A DNA stretch of 64,000 nt from an uncultured Gemmatimonadota bacterium. GTDB taxonomy: Bacteria > Latescibacterota > UBA2968 > UBA8231. Positions 46,345 to 58,312 of the stretch are shown here, piece after piece (position 1 is the stretch's first letter; each line of letters begins with the position of its first letter). The notes beneath the pieces are model-generated. The model saw nothing but the letters and a program-made list of their open reading frames with translations, was not told where the DNA came from and ran no database searches. The translations under genes were made by a program, and so were the position numbers. Location: NCBI GenBank assembly GCA_903893785.1, contig CAITNQ010000344.1:3451-67450 (forward strand), given 5' to 3'.

Positions 46345-47412
46345 TCAGCCGCCATCACGTCGTTTCTTGGCGTTCTTGACCATGCGGCCAAAGGCGCGTC
46401 CGCGGCGGCGTCTTTCCAGTTCCGACAGCTCGTGGAACCCCGCTTCCCGTCGCAGTTTGAGGAAGTGCTGCAGCCGTTCCTCGCCCAACTCGCCGTTGAT
46501 CACCGCCGCCCGGACCGCACAACCCGGCTCCTGGCCGTGCCGGCAGTCGGCGTACCTGCATGTGGCAGCCCAGGCTTCGATGTCGCTGAAGGCGTCGACC
46601 ACGCCTGCCTCCGAGGCCAGGATGCCGAACTCGCGCATCCCGGGCGTGTCGACCAGCATGGCGCCCTGATCCAGGCGGATGAGCTGTCGCCGGACCGTAG
46701 TATGGACGCCCTCACCGGTGTGGCTTACCTCCCGCGTCATCTGCCGCGTTGGGGTGGTCATTTGGTTGATCAACGTTGACTTGCCGACGCCCGAAGATCC
46801 CACCAGCACGTAGGTGCGGCCGGGCTCCAGCGACTCGCGGAATCGGTCCACACCCTCGCCCGTGGCATTGCTCACGGCGATCACGGTCACCTGCAGACCG
46901 GCGGCGTCGATCTGCGCCAGCAGACCGAGCAGGTCGTCGCGGCCGACCAGATCGGTTTTGGTCAGGACCAGAACCGGGGTGATGCCACCTTCCCGCACCA
47001 TCACCAGGTAGCGATCGAGTCGGCGCAGGTTGAGGTCGTAGTGGCAGGACTGCACGATGAAGGCCACGTCCACATTGGCGGCGATCACCTGCAGGTACGT
47101 CCCCTTGCCGGCCTCCTTGCGGCCCAACAGCGTGCGCCGCGGCAACACGGCATGGACGATGGCCGCCTGGCCCTGGTCGTGGTAGCGCGCCAGGACCCAG
47201 TCACCGACGCTAGGCAGATCGCCGGGCGCCGCTGCCGTGAAACACAGGCGGCCCGCCGGCTCAAAGGGCACCTCACGCTCGCCGTCGTGCACCCAGCCGC
47301 CGTGGCGGTCCACGGCGACCACGCGCGCCACCCGGGCGTCCGGCAGCCCGCCGGAAACCTCGGCGGCGGTGGCGGCCCAACCGCCGTCAAACCCCAGACC
47401 CTCCAGCCCCAT
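46345..47412 (-). CDS. rsgA: Ribosome small-subunit-dependent GTPase A
   Basis: Part of ORF 46345..47631, from the internal ATG 47412. Motifs: NVDVAFIV; VLTKTDL; LVGSSGVGKSTLIN; DTPGMREF; zinc motif CRYADCRHGQEPGCAV. Confidence 0.9.
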   Translation of the reverse strand: MGLEGLGFDGGWAATAAEVSGGLPDARVARVVAVDRHGGWVHDGEREVPFEPAGRLCFTAAAPGDLPSVGDWVLARYHDQGQAAIVHAVLPRRTLLGRKEAGKGTYLQVIAANVDVAFIVQSCHYDLNLRRLDRYLVMVREGGITPVLVLTKTDLVGRDDLLGLLAQIDAAGLQVTVIAVSNATGEGVDRFRESLEPGRTYVLVGSSGVGKSTLINQMTTPTRQMTREVSHTGEGVHTTVRRQLIRLDQGAMLVDTPGMREFGILASEAGVVDAFSDIEAWAATCRYADCRHGQEPGCAVRAAVINGELGEERLQHFLKLRREAGFHELSELERRRRGRAFGRMVKNAKKRRDGG

Positions 47413-47780
47413 GGCCATTCCCTTCCGCTGCCAGCGTCGACCCCCAGGGCTGTGCCGGCGCGCAAACGCCGCGCCGATGGCCCCGCGCCGTGAGCGCGCC
47501 CGGATCCGGGCCCTGCTGTGCCCCAGGCCACGGCTGCAGACGCAATGCCGCGCCTGCACGTCCGCCCACATAAATACCCGAACCGGATGCACCTGGGTGG
47601 GATCGAGCCGGCTTGGGCGGGTACCGGCCATGGCCGGACCGGCGCGGGTGGGGTCCGGGCAAGCGGGCCCGCGGCTGTCGTTACCGTGCCCTGCGCGCTA
47701 GGGGCCCTCGGCGATTCGGTTGCCGCCGGGTCCCCAGAGCTGTACCGCGCCGTGCGCGCTGGGGTTCCCCTCTGGCGGCG

Positions 47781-49917
<2,137 letters not shown>

Positions 49918-50052
49918 GGGGGGGCGGGCGCGCTGGGCTAGAGTGGTGGGCGGAATCTTTCCAAACATACCATCGCTTGGGCCGCCCGTCAAAGGTGGCG
50001 TCGCGCCGACCCGGCGCCACGCCACCCGGCTGCCGCGAGTCGATGGCGCGGC

Positions 50053-51942
50053 CTACGGCGCCGTAATCGCCGTTGCGGCCAACACCGGGAACTCGGTCAC
50101 ACGCAGGCAGGTGCACCCGTAGGGAACCAGCGTCAGTTCCTCACTTCGGGCCTCGGAGCGGACCGGACTGGGCGGCGGCGCCTGCGCCGCGTTCGGGCGT
50201 TCCATGCCCCATTCGGGTAAGCGGCGACCCGGCACCTGCAGCTGCAGCGGCGCCCCGGCCAGGGAGAAAGGCTGCGGACCCACCGGGCGCTCGGTCACCG
50301 CCACCTGGCTCGTGACGCGGTCAGGGTCGGTCTCGAGCGCGTAATTCCACGCACCGGTGGGGTGGACCTCATAGTCGGCGTGGGGGGGCTGGCCCGCCAC
50401 CTGCCGCCAGTCCTCACCCGGATCCAGGGAGAAGACCAGGGGCCCGCGCAGCAGGGCCAGGCTCTCGTGCTGGCCGCGCCAGGCGCGGACGGCCATGGGA
50501 AGCGTGAGCGTCACCTCAGTGGTACCGTGCCACCGTCGCTCAAGCCGGTGGAAGGTGCCGGGTCGGGTCTCTTCCGGCGCCTCGCCGGCCACCTCCACAC
50601 ACGCGCCGGTGGCCCACGCCGGGATGCGCAGGAGCAAGGGGAGGTTTCCCTCAGCGCGCACCTGGAGGTGGATGCGCTCGCGGAACGGGTAGTCGGTCTC
50701 AACCCGGACGTGGCGGCCATTGCCGGCGTCGATGTCACAGGGCGCCCAGGCAACCGCGGCCAGGCCCCCTGCCGGGGCCTCCATCCACAGGTGGGCGGCC
50801 AACTTGGGCCACCCCTGATGCAGATTGGCCGTGCAGCAACCGTAGTTGGGTTCCAGTCCATACAGATTGGCGCGGCCGCCGTTGTTGGTCCACAGCGGCT
50901 CATCGACCGCGGCGCAGCAGACCTGGTTCACCTGCTGGTCATACTGGTGCGTCCACATGTCGGGCGAGAAGGTGCCGGGCAGCGCGTTGTACGCGATGCG
51001 TTCGAGGCGGTCGGCGAGGGCCGGTTCGCCGTGGATGGACAGCAAGACCTCGAGCGAAAACATCATCTCGACGACCGCGCACAGTTCCGTACCCTGCGAC
51101 GGGTTCCGGCCGGCGTAGTGCTCGTCGCCGGTGAACACCCCGGTGACCATGCCGTGGTAGCGATCCAGCATGGCCAGGATCTGCTCGGCGGCATCCCGGT
51201 CGGCGGCCTGGCCGGACTGCCGCCACCAGACCCCAGGCTGCTTGATCGCCATGGCGTTGTTGACCACATGGGTGCTCTGGTGACAGTCATGCCGGTGCAG
51301 CTTGCGGCGCCACTGGAAATGGGCGAAGTGGTCTCGCCAGCAGTACCCCTGATCGGCCACCTCGGCGGCCAGACGCAGCAACCATCCCTCCCCAGTGCGT
51401 TCGTAAAGCCAGTGGATGGACAGCACCAGATCGGCCCAGCGCGAGCGCCCCCAGACGAACAGGGGTACGGCTCGCAGCTGCTCCTGCAGGCAGTGGCAGA
51501 AGCGCAGCATGGCGCCGGGCACGCGGCCGTCGCCGGTGGCCTCGTGGTACTGCGTCATGGCCTTGAGCATGACGAAGACCGGCCAGGGGTCGTGGGCGTC
51601 GTAACCACCTGACTGCACCGGGCCCAGCCAGCCGTCGGGCTGGGCGTGGGTGAGGATGTGATCCAGCCAGCGGTGCGCCTTGGCCTGCAGCCCGGCGTCG
51701 TTCAGGGACCAGGCCAGCGGGACAAGTCCGTCCAACCAGTAGGGCGCCCGTTCCCACCCTTCAGCCTGGCCGCCGATCCAGCCACTGTCGCGGATATCGG
51801 GCCAGATCTCGTCCAGGTGACCGGTCAGCGACTGCGCCTGCAGCTGGAGCTGACTGGCCAGCCAACCGGTGGGATGGATGCGGCCGACGGGCAGCGGCAG
51901 CAGCGCGCGCGGGTAAAGCGGTGGCATGGTTGCCAGCGGCAT
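50053..51942 (-). CDS. Glycoside hydrolase family 127 (beta-L-arabinofuranosidase-like, DUF1680)
   Basis: Part of ORF 50053..53109, from the internal ATG 51942 (GGAGG 9 nt upstream). Motifs: GWERAPYWLDGL; THVVNNAMAIK; GTELCAVVEMMFS; YGLEPNYGCCTANLHQGWPK. Confidence 0.85.
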   Translation of the reverse strand: MPLATMPPLYPRALLPLPVGRIHPTGWLASQLQLQAQSLTGHLDEIWPDIRDSGWIGGQAEGWERAPYWLDGLVPLAWSLNDAGLQAKAHRWLDHILTHAQPDGWLGPVQSGGYDAHDPWPVFVMLKAMTQYHEATGDGRVPGAMLRFCHCLQEQLRAVPLFVWGRSRWADLVLSIHWLYERTGEGWLLRLAAEVADQGYCWRDHFAHFQWRRKLHRHDCHQSTHVVNNAMAIKQPGVWWRQSGQAADRDAAEQILAMLDRYHGMVTGVFTGDEHYAGRNPSQGTELCAVVEMMFSLEVLLSIHGEPALADRLERIAYNALPGTFSPDMWTHQYDQQVNQVCCAAVDEPLWTNNGGRANLYGLEPNYGCCTANLHQGWPKLAAHLWMEAPAGGLAAVAWAPCDIDAGNGRHVRVETDYPFRERIHLQVRAEGNLPLLLRIPAWATGACVEVAGEAPEETRPGTFHRLERRWHGTTEVTLTLPMAVRAWRGQHESLALLRGPLVFSLDPGEDWRQVAGQPPHADYEVHPTGAWNYALETDPDRVTSQVAVTERPVGPQPFSLAGAPLQLQVPGRRLPEWGMERPNAAQAPPPSPVRSEARSEELTLVPYGCTCLRVTEFPVLAATAITAP

Positions 51943-52320
51943 GCTGACGGCACCTCCGTGAAGGGGTCTGCGGCAGCGCGGTCGTCCCCACCCGCACGGC
52001 ACCCGCTGCAGGCAAGGCGGCGAGGTTGGCCAGACAGGGGTGCCGGGCAGCCCGGGATCGCCGCTATCGGCGCTACCGAGCCAATCTACCCTTTGGGCTC
52101 CCAGGTGTGGCCGTCCCATGAACGGCTGCCGCGTTGACGCGGTCAAGGCGCGTCCGGGCGGTCGCGTGGCAGGGCGGGCGAGGGCACGCGTGCAGGTCGG
52201 CGCCTGGCCGCCGCGATACCGGGTCCCTGGCTGCCGGGCGCCGGCGCGGGCAACGCGCCGGCGACTTGACGGGGCGTCGCCCAGGTCGTTGGTTGCCCAA
52301 CCCATCCGCGGAGGGGAGAC

Positions 52321-53358
52321 ATGGAGCGCCTGGCAGCTGAGTACCTGCACCGACTGGCCGAGTCCATCCTGGTGGGCGCCGGGATGCCGCCGCCCAAAGC
52401 CGACCTGGTGGCCGCTTCGCTGGTATCCGCGAATCTGCGCGGCGTCGACTCCCATGGCCTTCACCTGCTGCCCCATTACGTCAATCAGCTGCGGGCTGGG
52501 AACATCGATCCGGCCACCGACGGCCGTATCGTCTCGACCTCGGGTGCCTGCCTGCTGTTCGACGGCTGCCGCGGGGTCGGGCAGTGGGTGGCGGCCACCT
52601 GCTGCGACCACGCCATTCGCCTGGCCCAAGGGCACGGCGTCGGCTTGGCCGTGGCCCGCAACTCCTCCCATTTCGGGGCCGCTGCGTATTGGGGCCTGCG
52701 CCTGTCGGCCGCGGGCATGATTGGCGTCGTGCTCTGCAACGCCTCGCCGTCGGTGCCGCCGTGGCAAGGGCGCGAGGGCCGCATCGGCACGAACCCCATC
52801 TGCGTCAGCGTGCCGAGCACCGGTCCGGGGGCGTGGTTGCTGGATATGGCGACGACCACGGTGGCTATGAACCGCATTCTGCAGGCGGCTGCCAGCGGGC
52901 GCCCGACCATCCCCCTGGGTTGGGCGCTCGACGCCAGTGGCCAGCCGACGACGGACACGGCGGCGGCCCGCGACGGGCTGCTCATGCCCCTGGGCGGGTA
53001 CAAAGGCAGCGGCCTGGGAATGATGGTCGAGATCCTCTGTGGCGTGCTCGGCGGCGGTGCCATGAGCACGGCGCTCGGGGGGGTGCACCTCTACGACCAC
53101 CCGATGCACACCAGCCAGTTCTACCTGGCGATCCAGGTGGAGCGCTTCCTGCCGTTGCGCGAGTTCCAGCAGCGGATGGAATTCCTCCTGCCACTGGTCC
53201 GGTCGGCGCTGCCCGCCCTGGGCTTCGGCGAGGTCATGGTCGCCGGCGAGCCAGAGGCCCGCACCCAGTGCGAACGCCGTCGCGACGGCATCCCGATCGA
53301 ACCGGTACTCCTGGCCAGGTTGCGCGAACTGGCCCGCGAAACGGGTACGGCCCGGTGA
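52321..53358 (+). CDS. Ldh_2-family dehydrogenase (second paralogue)
   Basis: ORF 52321..53358, with GGAGGGGAGAC upstream. Motifs: LVSANLRGVDSHGLHLLPHYV; NSSHFGAA; GYKGSGLGMMVEILCG. Confidence 0.85.
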   Translation: MERLAAEYLHRLAESILVGAGMPPPKADLVAASLVSANLRGVDSHGLHLLPHYVNQLRAGNIDPATDGRIVSTSGACLLFDGCRGVGQWVAATCCDHAIRLAQGHGVGLAVARNSSHFGAAAYWGLRLSAAGMIGVVLCNASPSVPPWQGREGRIGTNPICVSVPSTGPGAWLLDMATTTVAMNRILQAAASGRPTIPLGWALDASGQPTTDTAAARDGLLMPLGGYKGSGLGMMVEILCGVLGGGAMSTALGGVHLYDHPMHTSQFYLAIQVERFLPLREFQQRMEFLLPLVRSALPALGFGEVMVAGEPEARTQCERRRDGIPIEPVLLARLRELARETGTAR

Positions 53359-53359
53359 C

Positions 53360-54622
53360 CTAAAGGTTCGCCAGCAGGTTCCAGAACCCGGTCAGGCCGA
53401 TGAAGTTGCCGATGGCGAAGTGCGACAGGCTGATGCCAACGATGGTGCGGTGGCGGGTGTACAGCCAGCCCCACAGCAGGCCGCTGAAGACGGTCAGCAA
53501 CGCCATCCCAATTGAGTAGAAGATATGGAACGAACCGAACACGCAGGACGACAGCACCACCGCGCCGGCCGGACTCCAGCGGTTGGCGCCCAGGTTGCGT
53601 TCCAGGCTGGTCTGCAGCACGCCACTGCGGATGAACTCCTGGAGCGGCGCGATCAGGCCGTAACTCAAGTACGAGACTCCTAGTACACTCCAATCCACCA
53701 CCGACGCGCCGCGGAACACCGCCCAGTGGTTGATGCCGTAGACCTTCAGGGCCATGGCCCCGGCCAGCACCGCGGCGGTGACCAGCAGCGACTCGCCGAC
53801 GGCTCGTGGCCAACGGCGCAGGCTCAGGCCGAAGTAGGTTACGGGCAGTTGCGCCTGCCGGATGATGAACCCGGCGATGACGCAGAAGCCGGCCGAGAAA
53901 CTGAGCGTGACTACCTCTTTCATGTTCAGGCCCAGGAACGACCCTGCCGCGGTGCGCACCCCGGCGAGGAAAAACGCATAGACGCACAGCGACAGCAGGA
54001 GCGAGTTGAACATGAAGCTGGCCTGCGCCTGCAGCTGCTGCAGTTGCGCCTGCCGCACGGCTACCGCCGCCTGGCTGGCGATGGCCGCGATCAAGGGCTC
54101 CAGGCTTGCCGGGAAGGCAACAGGTCGGCCCTGCTCGTCCAGCTTGTTGATCAGCTGGATCACCCCCGTCACCTGGCCGCGGCCGTCGCGCATGGGCACC
54201 GACAGCATGGATACGGTCCGGTACCCGGCATCTTGGTCGTACTGGCTGTTGTGCCGGTAGGGCACGTCGGCAGCGGGCGCATAGCAGTCGGCGATGTTGA
54301 TCACGCGCCCGGTCAGCGCCGTGCACCCGGCGACGGAGGTCTCCGTCAACGGCAGGGGGATCGGGCGGAAGGGGCGGTGTATGCCCCGGCGTTCCAGCGA
54401 CAGCGTCCGCGTGGCCTGGAAGACCAGTCGGTCCGGTTCTTCCTGACGGATGTAGAGCGAACAGGCATCGCAACCCGCGAAGGCCATGATTTCGTTAACG
54501 ATGAGCTGGAACAGGGCTTCGAGCCGTGCCTCCGACGTCAGCGCAATGCCGATGCGGCTGAGACTGTACGCGACGTTTTCGTAGTCGACGATCGCGGCGC
54601 TTCCCCGTGCATCTTTGTCCAT
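53360..54622 (-). CDS. GAF domain fused to a CPBP/Abi-family (CAAX-protease-like) intramembrane protease domain
   Basis: Part of ORF 53360..54700, from the internal ATG 54622 (GGAGGGGG upstream). The N-terminal ~190 aa are GAF-like (ACSLYIRQEEPDRLVF..MLSVPMRD..VTGVIQLINK). About 6 TM segments follow, with APLQEFIRSG, FGSFH and SHFAIGN. Confidence 0.7.
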   Translation of the reverse strand: MDKDARGSAAIVDYENVAYSLSRIGIALTSEARLEALFQLIVNEIMAFAGCDACSLYIRQEEPDRLVFQATRTLSLERRGIHRPFRPIPLPLTETSVAGCTALTGRVINIADCYAPAADVPYRHNSQYDQDAGYRTVSMLSVPMRDGRGQVTGVIQLINKLDEQGRPVAFPASLEPLIAAIASQAAVAVRQAQLQQLQAQASFMFNSLLLSLCVYAFFLAGVRTAAGSFLGLNMKEVVTLSFSAGFCVIAGFIIRQAQLPVTYFGLSLRRWPRAVGESLLVTAAVLAGAMALKVYGINHWAVFRGASVVDWSVLGVSYLSYGLIAPLQEFIRSGVLQTSLERNLGANRWSPAGAVVLSSCVFGSFHIFYSIGMALLTVFSGLLWGWLYTRHRTIVGISLSHFAIGNFIGLTGFWNLLANL

Positions 54623-54765
54623 CAGCCTACCCCCTCCACCCGTCGACAGCGGCGTTGCCGTCCGACGCTGCCTGCCACCGACCTGGTATGCTGGTGCCAC
54701 CCAAGGGCGCGAACGGGCGCCCGACGCGGCCCGCTTCGGGGCCGCTCTGGGCTCGCGGGGCCAAC

Positions 54766-55188
54766 TCAGCCGGCCAGGCGCCGGTTGGCGTCACGCAGCC
54801 GCCGGCACAGCAGCCGGATGATCGCGCGAGCCACGTCGGGGTTGTCGTCGATGATGCGGTTGAGCAGCGCGTCGCTGATCTCGAGCAGCAAGGTATCCGA
54901 AAGGGACCGCACGGTGGCTGAGCGAGGCTCCGGATCAAGGGCCGCCATTTCGCCCAGCACGCTGGGGGCGGCCAGTTTCGCCACCTGGCGGTCGCCCACG
55001 TACACACCCACCTCGCCGTCGACGACAACGTACAGCGAACGGCCTGTCTCGCCTTCGCGGAACAGGGTCTCGCCGGCTGCTATCTCGACCACGCGCGAGA
55101 AGTTCGCCAGGGTCGCCAAACCCGTCTGGGGCAGATCCTTCAGGATCTCGGTCGCCTGCAGGGCAAGGATGCGTTCCACCAGCAACAT
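54766..55188 (-). CDS. Stand-alone cyclic-nucleotide-binding domain protein (140 aa)
   Basis: Part of ORF 54766..55380, from the internal ATG 55188 (AGGAGA upstream). Motifs: GETLFREGETGRSLYVVVDGEV..LGEMAALDPEPRSATVRS. Confidence 0.8.
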   Translation of the reverse strand: MLLVERILALQATEILKDLPQTGLATLANFSRVVEIAAGETLFREGETGRSLYVVVDGEVGVYVGDRQVAKLAAPSVLGEMAALDPEPRSATVRSLSDTLLLEISDALLNRIIDDNPDVARAIIRLLCRRLRDANRRLAG

Positions 55189-55211
55189 CGGTTCGTCTCC
55201 TCTTTTCGCTC

Positions 55212-57974
55212 TCAGCCCAGGCCGGTCTGGCCGGCACCTAGCTGGGTGAGAGACCATGCGCGTGTGCCGCCGGGCAGGTCGCCCCAGACGGGCTGCAGCG
55301 CCACTACCTGAGCCTGCAGTGCCACCCGTCTGTCTTTGCCGGTGGTATATACCGCTGCCGTCAGCAGCCACAGGGGACACTGATCCGGACTCGCCGCCAG
55401 GATCGCCGCCAAGACCGGCTCGGCTGCGTCATGAGCGCCCGTTGGTGCGGCCGGGCCGCTCTCGACGGCCAGTACCGCGGCGACCGGGGCGCGGAGGGCC
55501 GCGGGCAGGGGCGCGGTGAGGAATTCCACCGCGATGGCTACCTGGGCCGCATCTGTGGCTTCGATCACCGTGTCAGCGGCGGCACCGTACCGCGTCGCCC
55601 CCTGGGCCAGGGCCAGCAGGCGCGCCACGTGGTGGCGCTGCGCCGCAATGGCCTCCGCCAAGGGTCGCCGCAGGAGGACTAGGCCCGGCGCCGTCGCGGC
55701 GCTGGCCTGCCATTGGCGCCAAGTAGCCCACAGGGCAGCCTCGCTGGCCAGTCGGGTCTTGAGGACGTGCTCGGGCGCCGCGAGGGCCGCCAGCTGCTGG
55801 AACAGGGCCCGGCCGGCCGTGTGGCGGAGATCAAGGCGCGGCCCGACTAGATCGCGCTCCAGGCGTACAAACGCCTCGGGCAGGCGCAGGCGCGCCAGCG
55901 CGTGGTGCAGTCGGCGGCACACATCCAAGTCAAGCTCCGGCCCGGAAAGGGCATGGTCCAGCGCCCGGGCCAGGGGCGGCAGGGCCACCTCGCCAAAACT
56001 GGCCAGCTGCAGAGCGGCCGTGCGCCCGGCGTGGCCGTTGGCCAGGTGGTTGACCATGACTTTGGCCAGCCGCGGGGTGTGCAGCCTTCCCGCTGCCTCC
56101 AACGCTTCCTGCCGTACGTCGGCCTCGCGGTCGTCGAGCAGGGGGACGAGGGCGCCTTCGAACTCGGGACGCCCGACCGCGGCCAGGATGCGGGCGGCGG
56201 CTTGCCGGTCTTCGGCGTCCGGGCTGTCGCACAGGGCCTGCAGGAACTGGCGCGCGGCGGTCTGCTCGGCGAACGGGCCGCAGGCCAGGACCGCGGCCAG
56301 CTTGGCCCGCCCGCGGTCGTCGGTGGGGGCCAACTCGGGCATCAGGGCCTGCCAGTCGAGGCCATCGACCGTTTCGTCCTCAGTCTGCACGCGGTCGAGC
56401 AGTTGCGCCACCTGGACTGCCAGACCGGTGTCCACTTCGTCATCCAGAACGGACCGGAGCGTGGCCTGGTGGGCGGCCGGGGCATCGCCCATGGCCTCGA
56501 GCGCGGCGCGCCGCACGGCGGCCTGCGGCTGCCGCGCCAGGCGGTCCAGATGCGGTTCCAGCCGGTCGCGGTGTCGCTGGCGCAGCAGGTGAATGCTGTA
56601 CAGCACGCAACCGGGCGCCGACGACTGCAGGCGCTGCAGGGCCCAGGCCGTGCTCTGCGGATCGTCGCCCACCTCGGGGGGCAACAGCTCGCGACGCTCC
56701 ACCGCCGCGGCCAGCAGACGACGGAACTCGCCGATGGCCTGCAGGCCGAGGACGAAGCGCACACCGACCAGGACCAGCAGCAGCACGGCGGTGGTGCGCA
56801 GGGCGGCATCGCCGGCCAGCTGCAAAATGGCCATCAGCAGCAGTCCCATCACGGCTCCCGCGGCCGGCTCCAGGATGCTTTCGGACTGGACCTGCAGGCG
56901 CGTACGCTCCTCGGACGGCAGGGGCTGCAGCAGGACGCTGGTGACCTGACGGTCAATGCTGTAGCGAACTACGGTATCTGACAGGTAGACCACCGCCATC
57001 AGCACGATGGCGGCCATGCCCAGCGCGTCCTGGGTCATCAGCACCGCGGTGGCGGCCAGGCCCGTCACCCCCACGGCCGCCGGCAGCACGGCCAATCCCG
57101 CCGCCATGCCGGTGCGGGCGATCACCCACGGCGTGAGGGCGCTGAAGGCCATGCTCAGGAAGCCGTGACAGGCGGCCACACGGCCGACGAAAGCCGTCAT
57201 TTGGTCCACGTCCGGGACCCCCCGCTGCAGGGCCCCGAAGAAGATGAACTCCGCGGCAAAGTAGAGGCTGACCGACTGGCCGATGAGGACCACGTAGCGC
57301 CACTTACCCCAGGCGCGCCGGGTCGGCGCGGCGGTGGCCGCACCGCCACTGGACAGGGCTGCCAACGGGTCCACCGTTTCCACCAGGCGGTGGCCGTATC
57401 GTCGCCCGACGACGAGCATGACGCCGACGCCCAACAGGCTGCCCAGGCCGCTGGCCAGCAGCAGCTGGGCCGAGCCCAGATGGCTCGCCAACGGCCCCAC
57501 GAGCAGCCCGCCCAGGCCCTGCGCTCCCAATCCGCCCAGGGCGATCCGGCCGAAGTAGTCCTGGCCCTCCTTCAGGTTGAGCATGCGGGCTGCCAGGGTC
57601 CAGGTGACCAGGGTTGCCAGGACCCAATCGATTTGGTACCAGAAAATCCCGATCCAGGCCGAAACTTTGCCGGGGGCGAAGGCCAGCGCGGCCCACACCG
57701 CCAGCGCTCCGGCTACGTCGGCCAGGGCGGTCAACAGATTCACCTGCAGCAGGGGCAGGCGGCGACTCAACCATTCGTACGCGTACCCCACCAGGGGCAG
57801 CAGCGCGGCGCCGACGATGTAGGTCACGGGCAGCATCTTCGTACCCACGGTGGACACGAAGATCGACTGCGCCCCGGAGCCGGTGAACGCTTTGGGCAAA
57901 CCGGTGGCAAAGCAGCACAGGAAAGTCAGCGCCGTCGCGACGCTGGCGGCCTCGGAGCGTGGGCTTCCGGCCAA
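55212..57974 (-). CDS. MFS / ADP-ATP-carrier-like transporter domain fused to a long C-terminal HEAT-repeat domain
   Basis: ORF 55212..57974 (TTG start in the track, so the start is uncertain). The first ~420 aa carry ~11-12 hydrophobic segments. The remainder is made of repeated helical LxxL..D..VR..A..AL units (AAVRRAALEAMGD, ADVRQEALEAAGRL). Confidence 0.7.
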   Translation of the reverse strand: MAGSPRSEAASVATALTFLCCFATGLPKAFTGSGAQSIFVSTVGTKMLPVTYIVGAALLPLVGYAYEWLSRRLPLLQVNLLTALADVAGALAVWAALAFAPGKVSAWIGIFWYQIDWVLATLVTWTLAARMLNLKEGQDYFGRIALGGLGAQGLGGLLVGPLASHLGSAQLLLASGLGSLLGVGVMLVVGRRYGHRLVETVDPLAALSSGGAATAAPTRRAWGKWRYVVLIGQSVSLYFAAEFIFFGALQRGVPDVDQMTAFVGRVAACHGFLSMAFSALTPWVIARTGMAAGLAVLPAAVGVTGLAATAVLMTQDALGMAAIVLMAVVYLSDTVVRYSIDRQVTSVLLQPLPSEERTRLQVQSESILEPAAGAVMGLLLMAILQLAGDAALRTTAVLLLVLVGVRFVLGLQAIGEFRRLLAAAVERRELLPPEVGDDPQSTAWALQRLQSSAPGCVLYSIHLLRQRHRDRLEPHLDRLARQPQAAVRRAALEAMGDAPAAHQATLRSVLDDEVDTGLAVQVAQLLDRVQTEDETVDGLDWQALMPELAPTDDRGRAKLAAVLACGPFAEQTAARQFLQALCDSPDAEDRQAAARILAAVGRPEFEGALVPLLDDREADVRQEALEAAGRLHTPRLAKVMVNHLANGHAGRTAALQLASFGEVALPPLARALDHALSGPELDLDVCRRLHHALARLRLPEAFVRLERDLVGPRLDLRHTAGRALFQQLAALAAPEHVLKTRLASEAALWATWRQWQASAATAPGLVLLRRPLAEAIAAQRHHVARLLALAQGATRYGAAADTVIEATDAAQVAIAVEFLTAPLPAALRAPVAAVLAVESGPAAPTGAHDAAEPVLAAILAASPDQCPLWLLTAAVYTTGKDRRVALQAQVVALQPVWGDLPGGTRAWSLTQLGAGQTGLG

Positions 57975-58312
57975 GCAGAACCCCCCAGAACAGGGTCACA
58001 TCCGGTCCACCGGCGGCTCACCGCCCGATGGTCGACACAGGGCCACACCGGGTCTACCACCGCGGACCGGTAGCGGGGCGAGTGGCCGCGATGTCAGACC
58101 CCGGTGCTACGCCAAGATAACAGGACCGGGCCTCAGGTGGTTAGGCCTAAGTTTGTCGGGCCGTGGCACCCCTGGTGTCCGGTCCCCGGCCTTCTCCGCG
58201 GCGACGGTGTCGGCCGGCCGGTCCGCACCAGGGTCGGCGCCGCCCTTGCGGTCGCCCTTGCCCGCAGGCTATCTTCCCGGCAGCAGCGCGACTCTGAACC
58301 CCTGGAGGCCCC

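Noticed and set aside
50053-53109. 1018-aa version of the GH127 ORF extending 1.1 kb upstream over the divergent Ldh_2 gene
   Set aside because: The upstream 388 aa are R/G/A/P-rich and overlap a well-supported plus-strand gene. ATG 51942, with a GGAGG RBS, precedes the first conserved GH127 sequence.
53360-54622. The CPBP protease (53360-54622) plus the ICMT-like methyltransferase (10040-10651) act as a eukaryote-style CaaX processing pair on the ubiquitin tails
   Set aside because: The tails have no CaaX box. The two genes are about 43 kb apart from each other and 7-36 kb from the ubiquitin genes, and each sits in its own operon. I keep it only as something to test by phylogenetic profiling.
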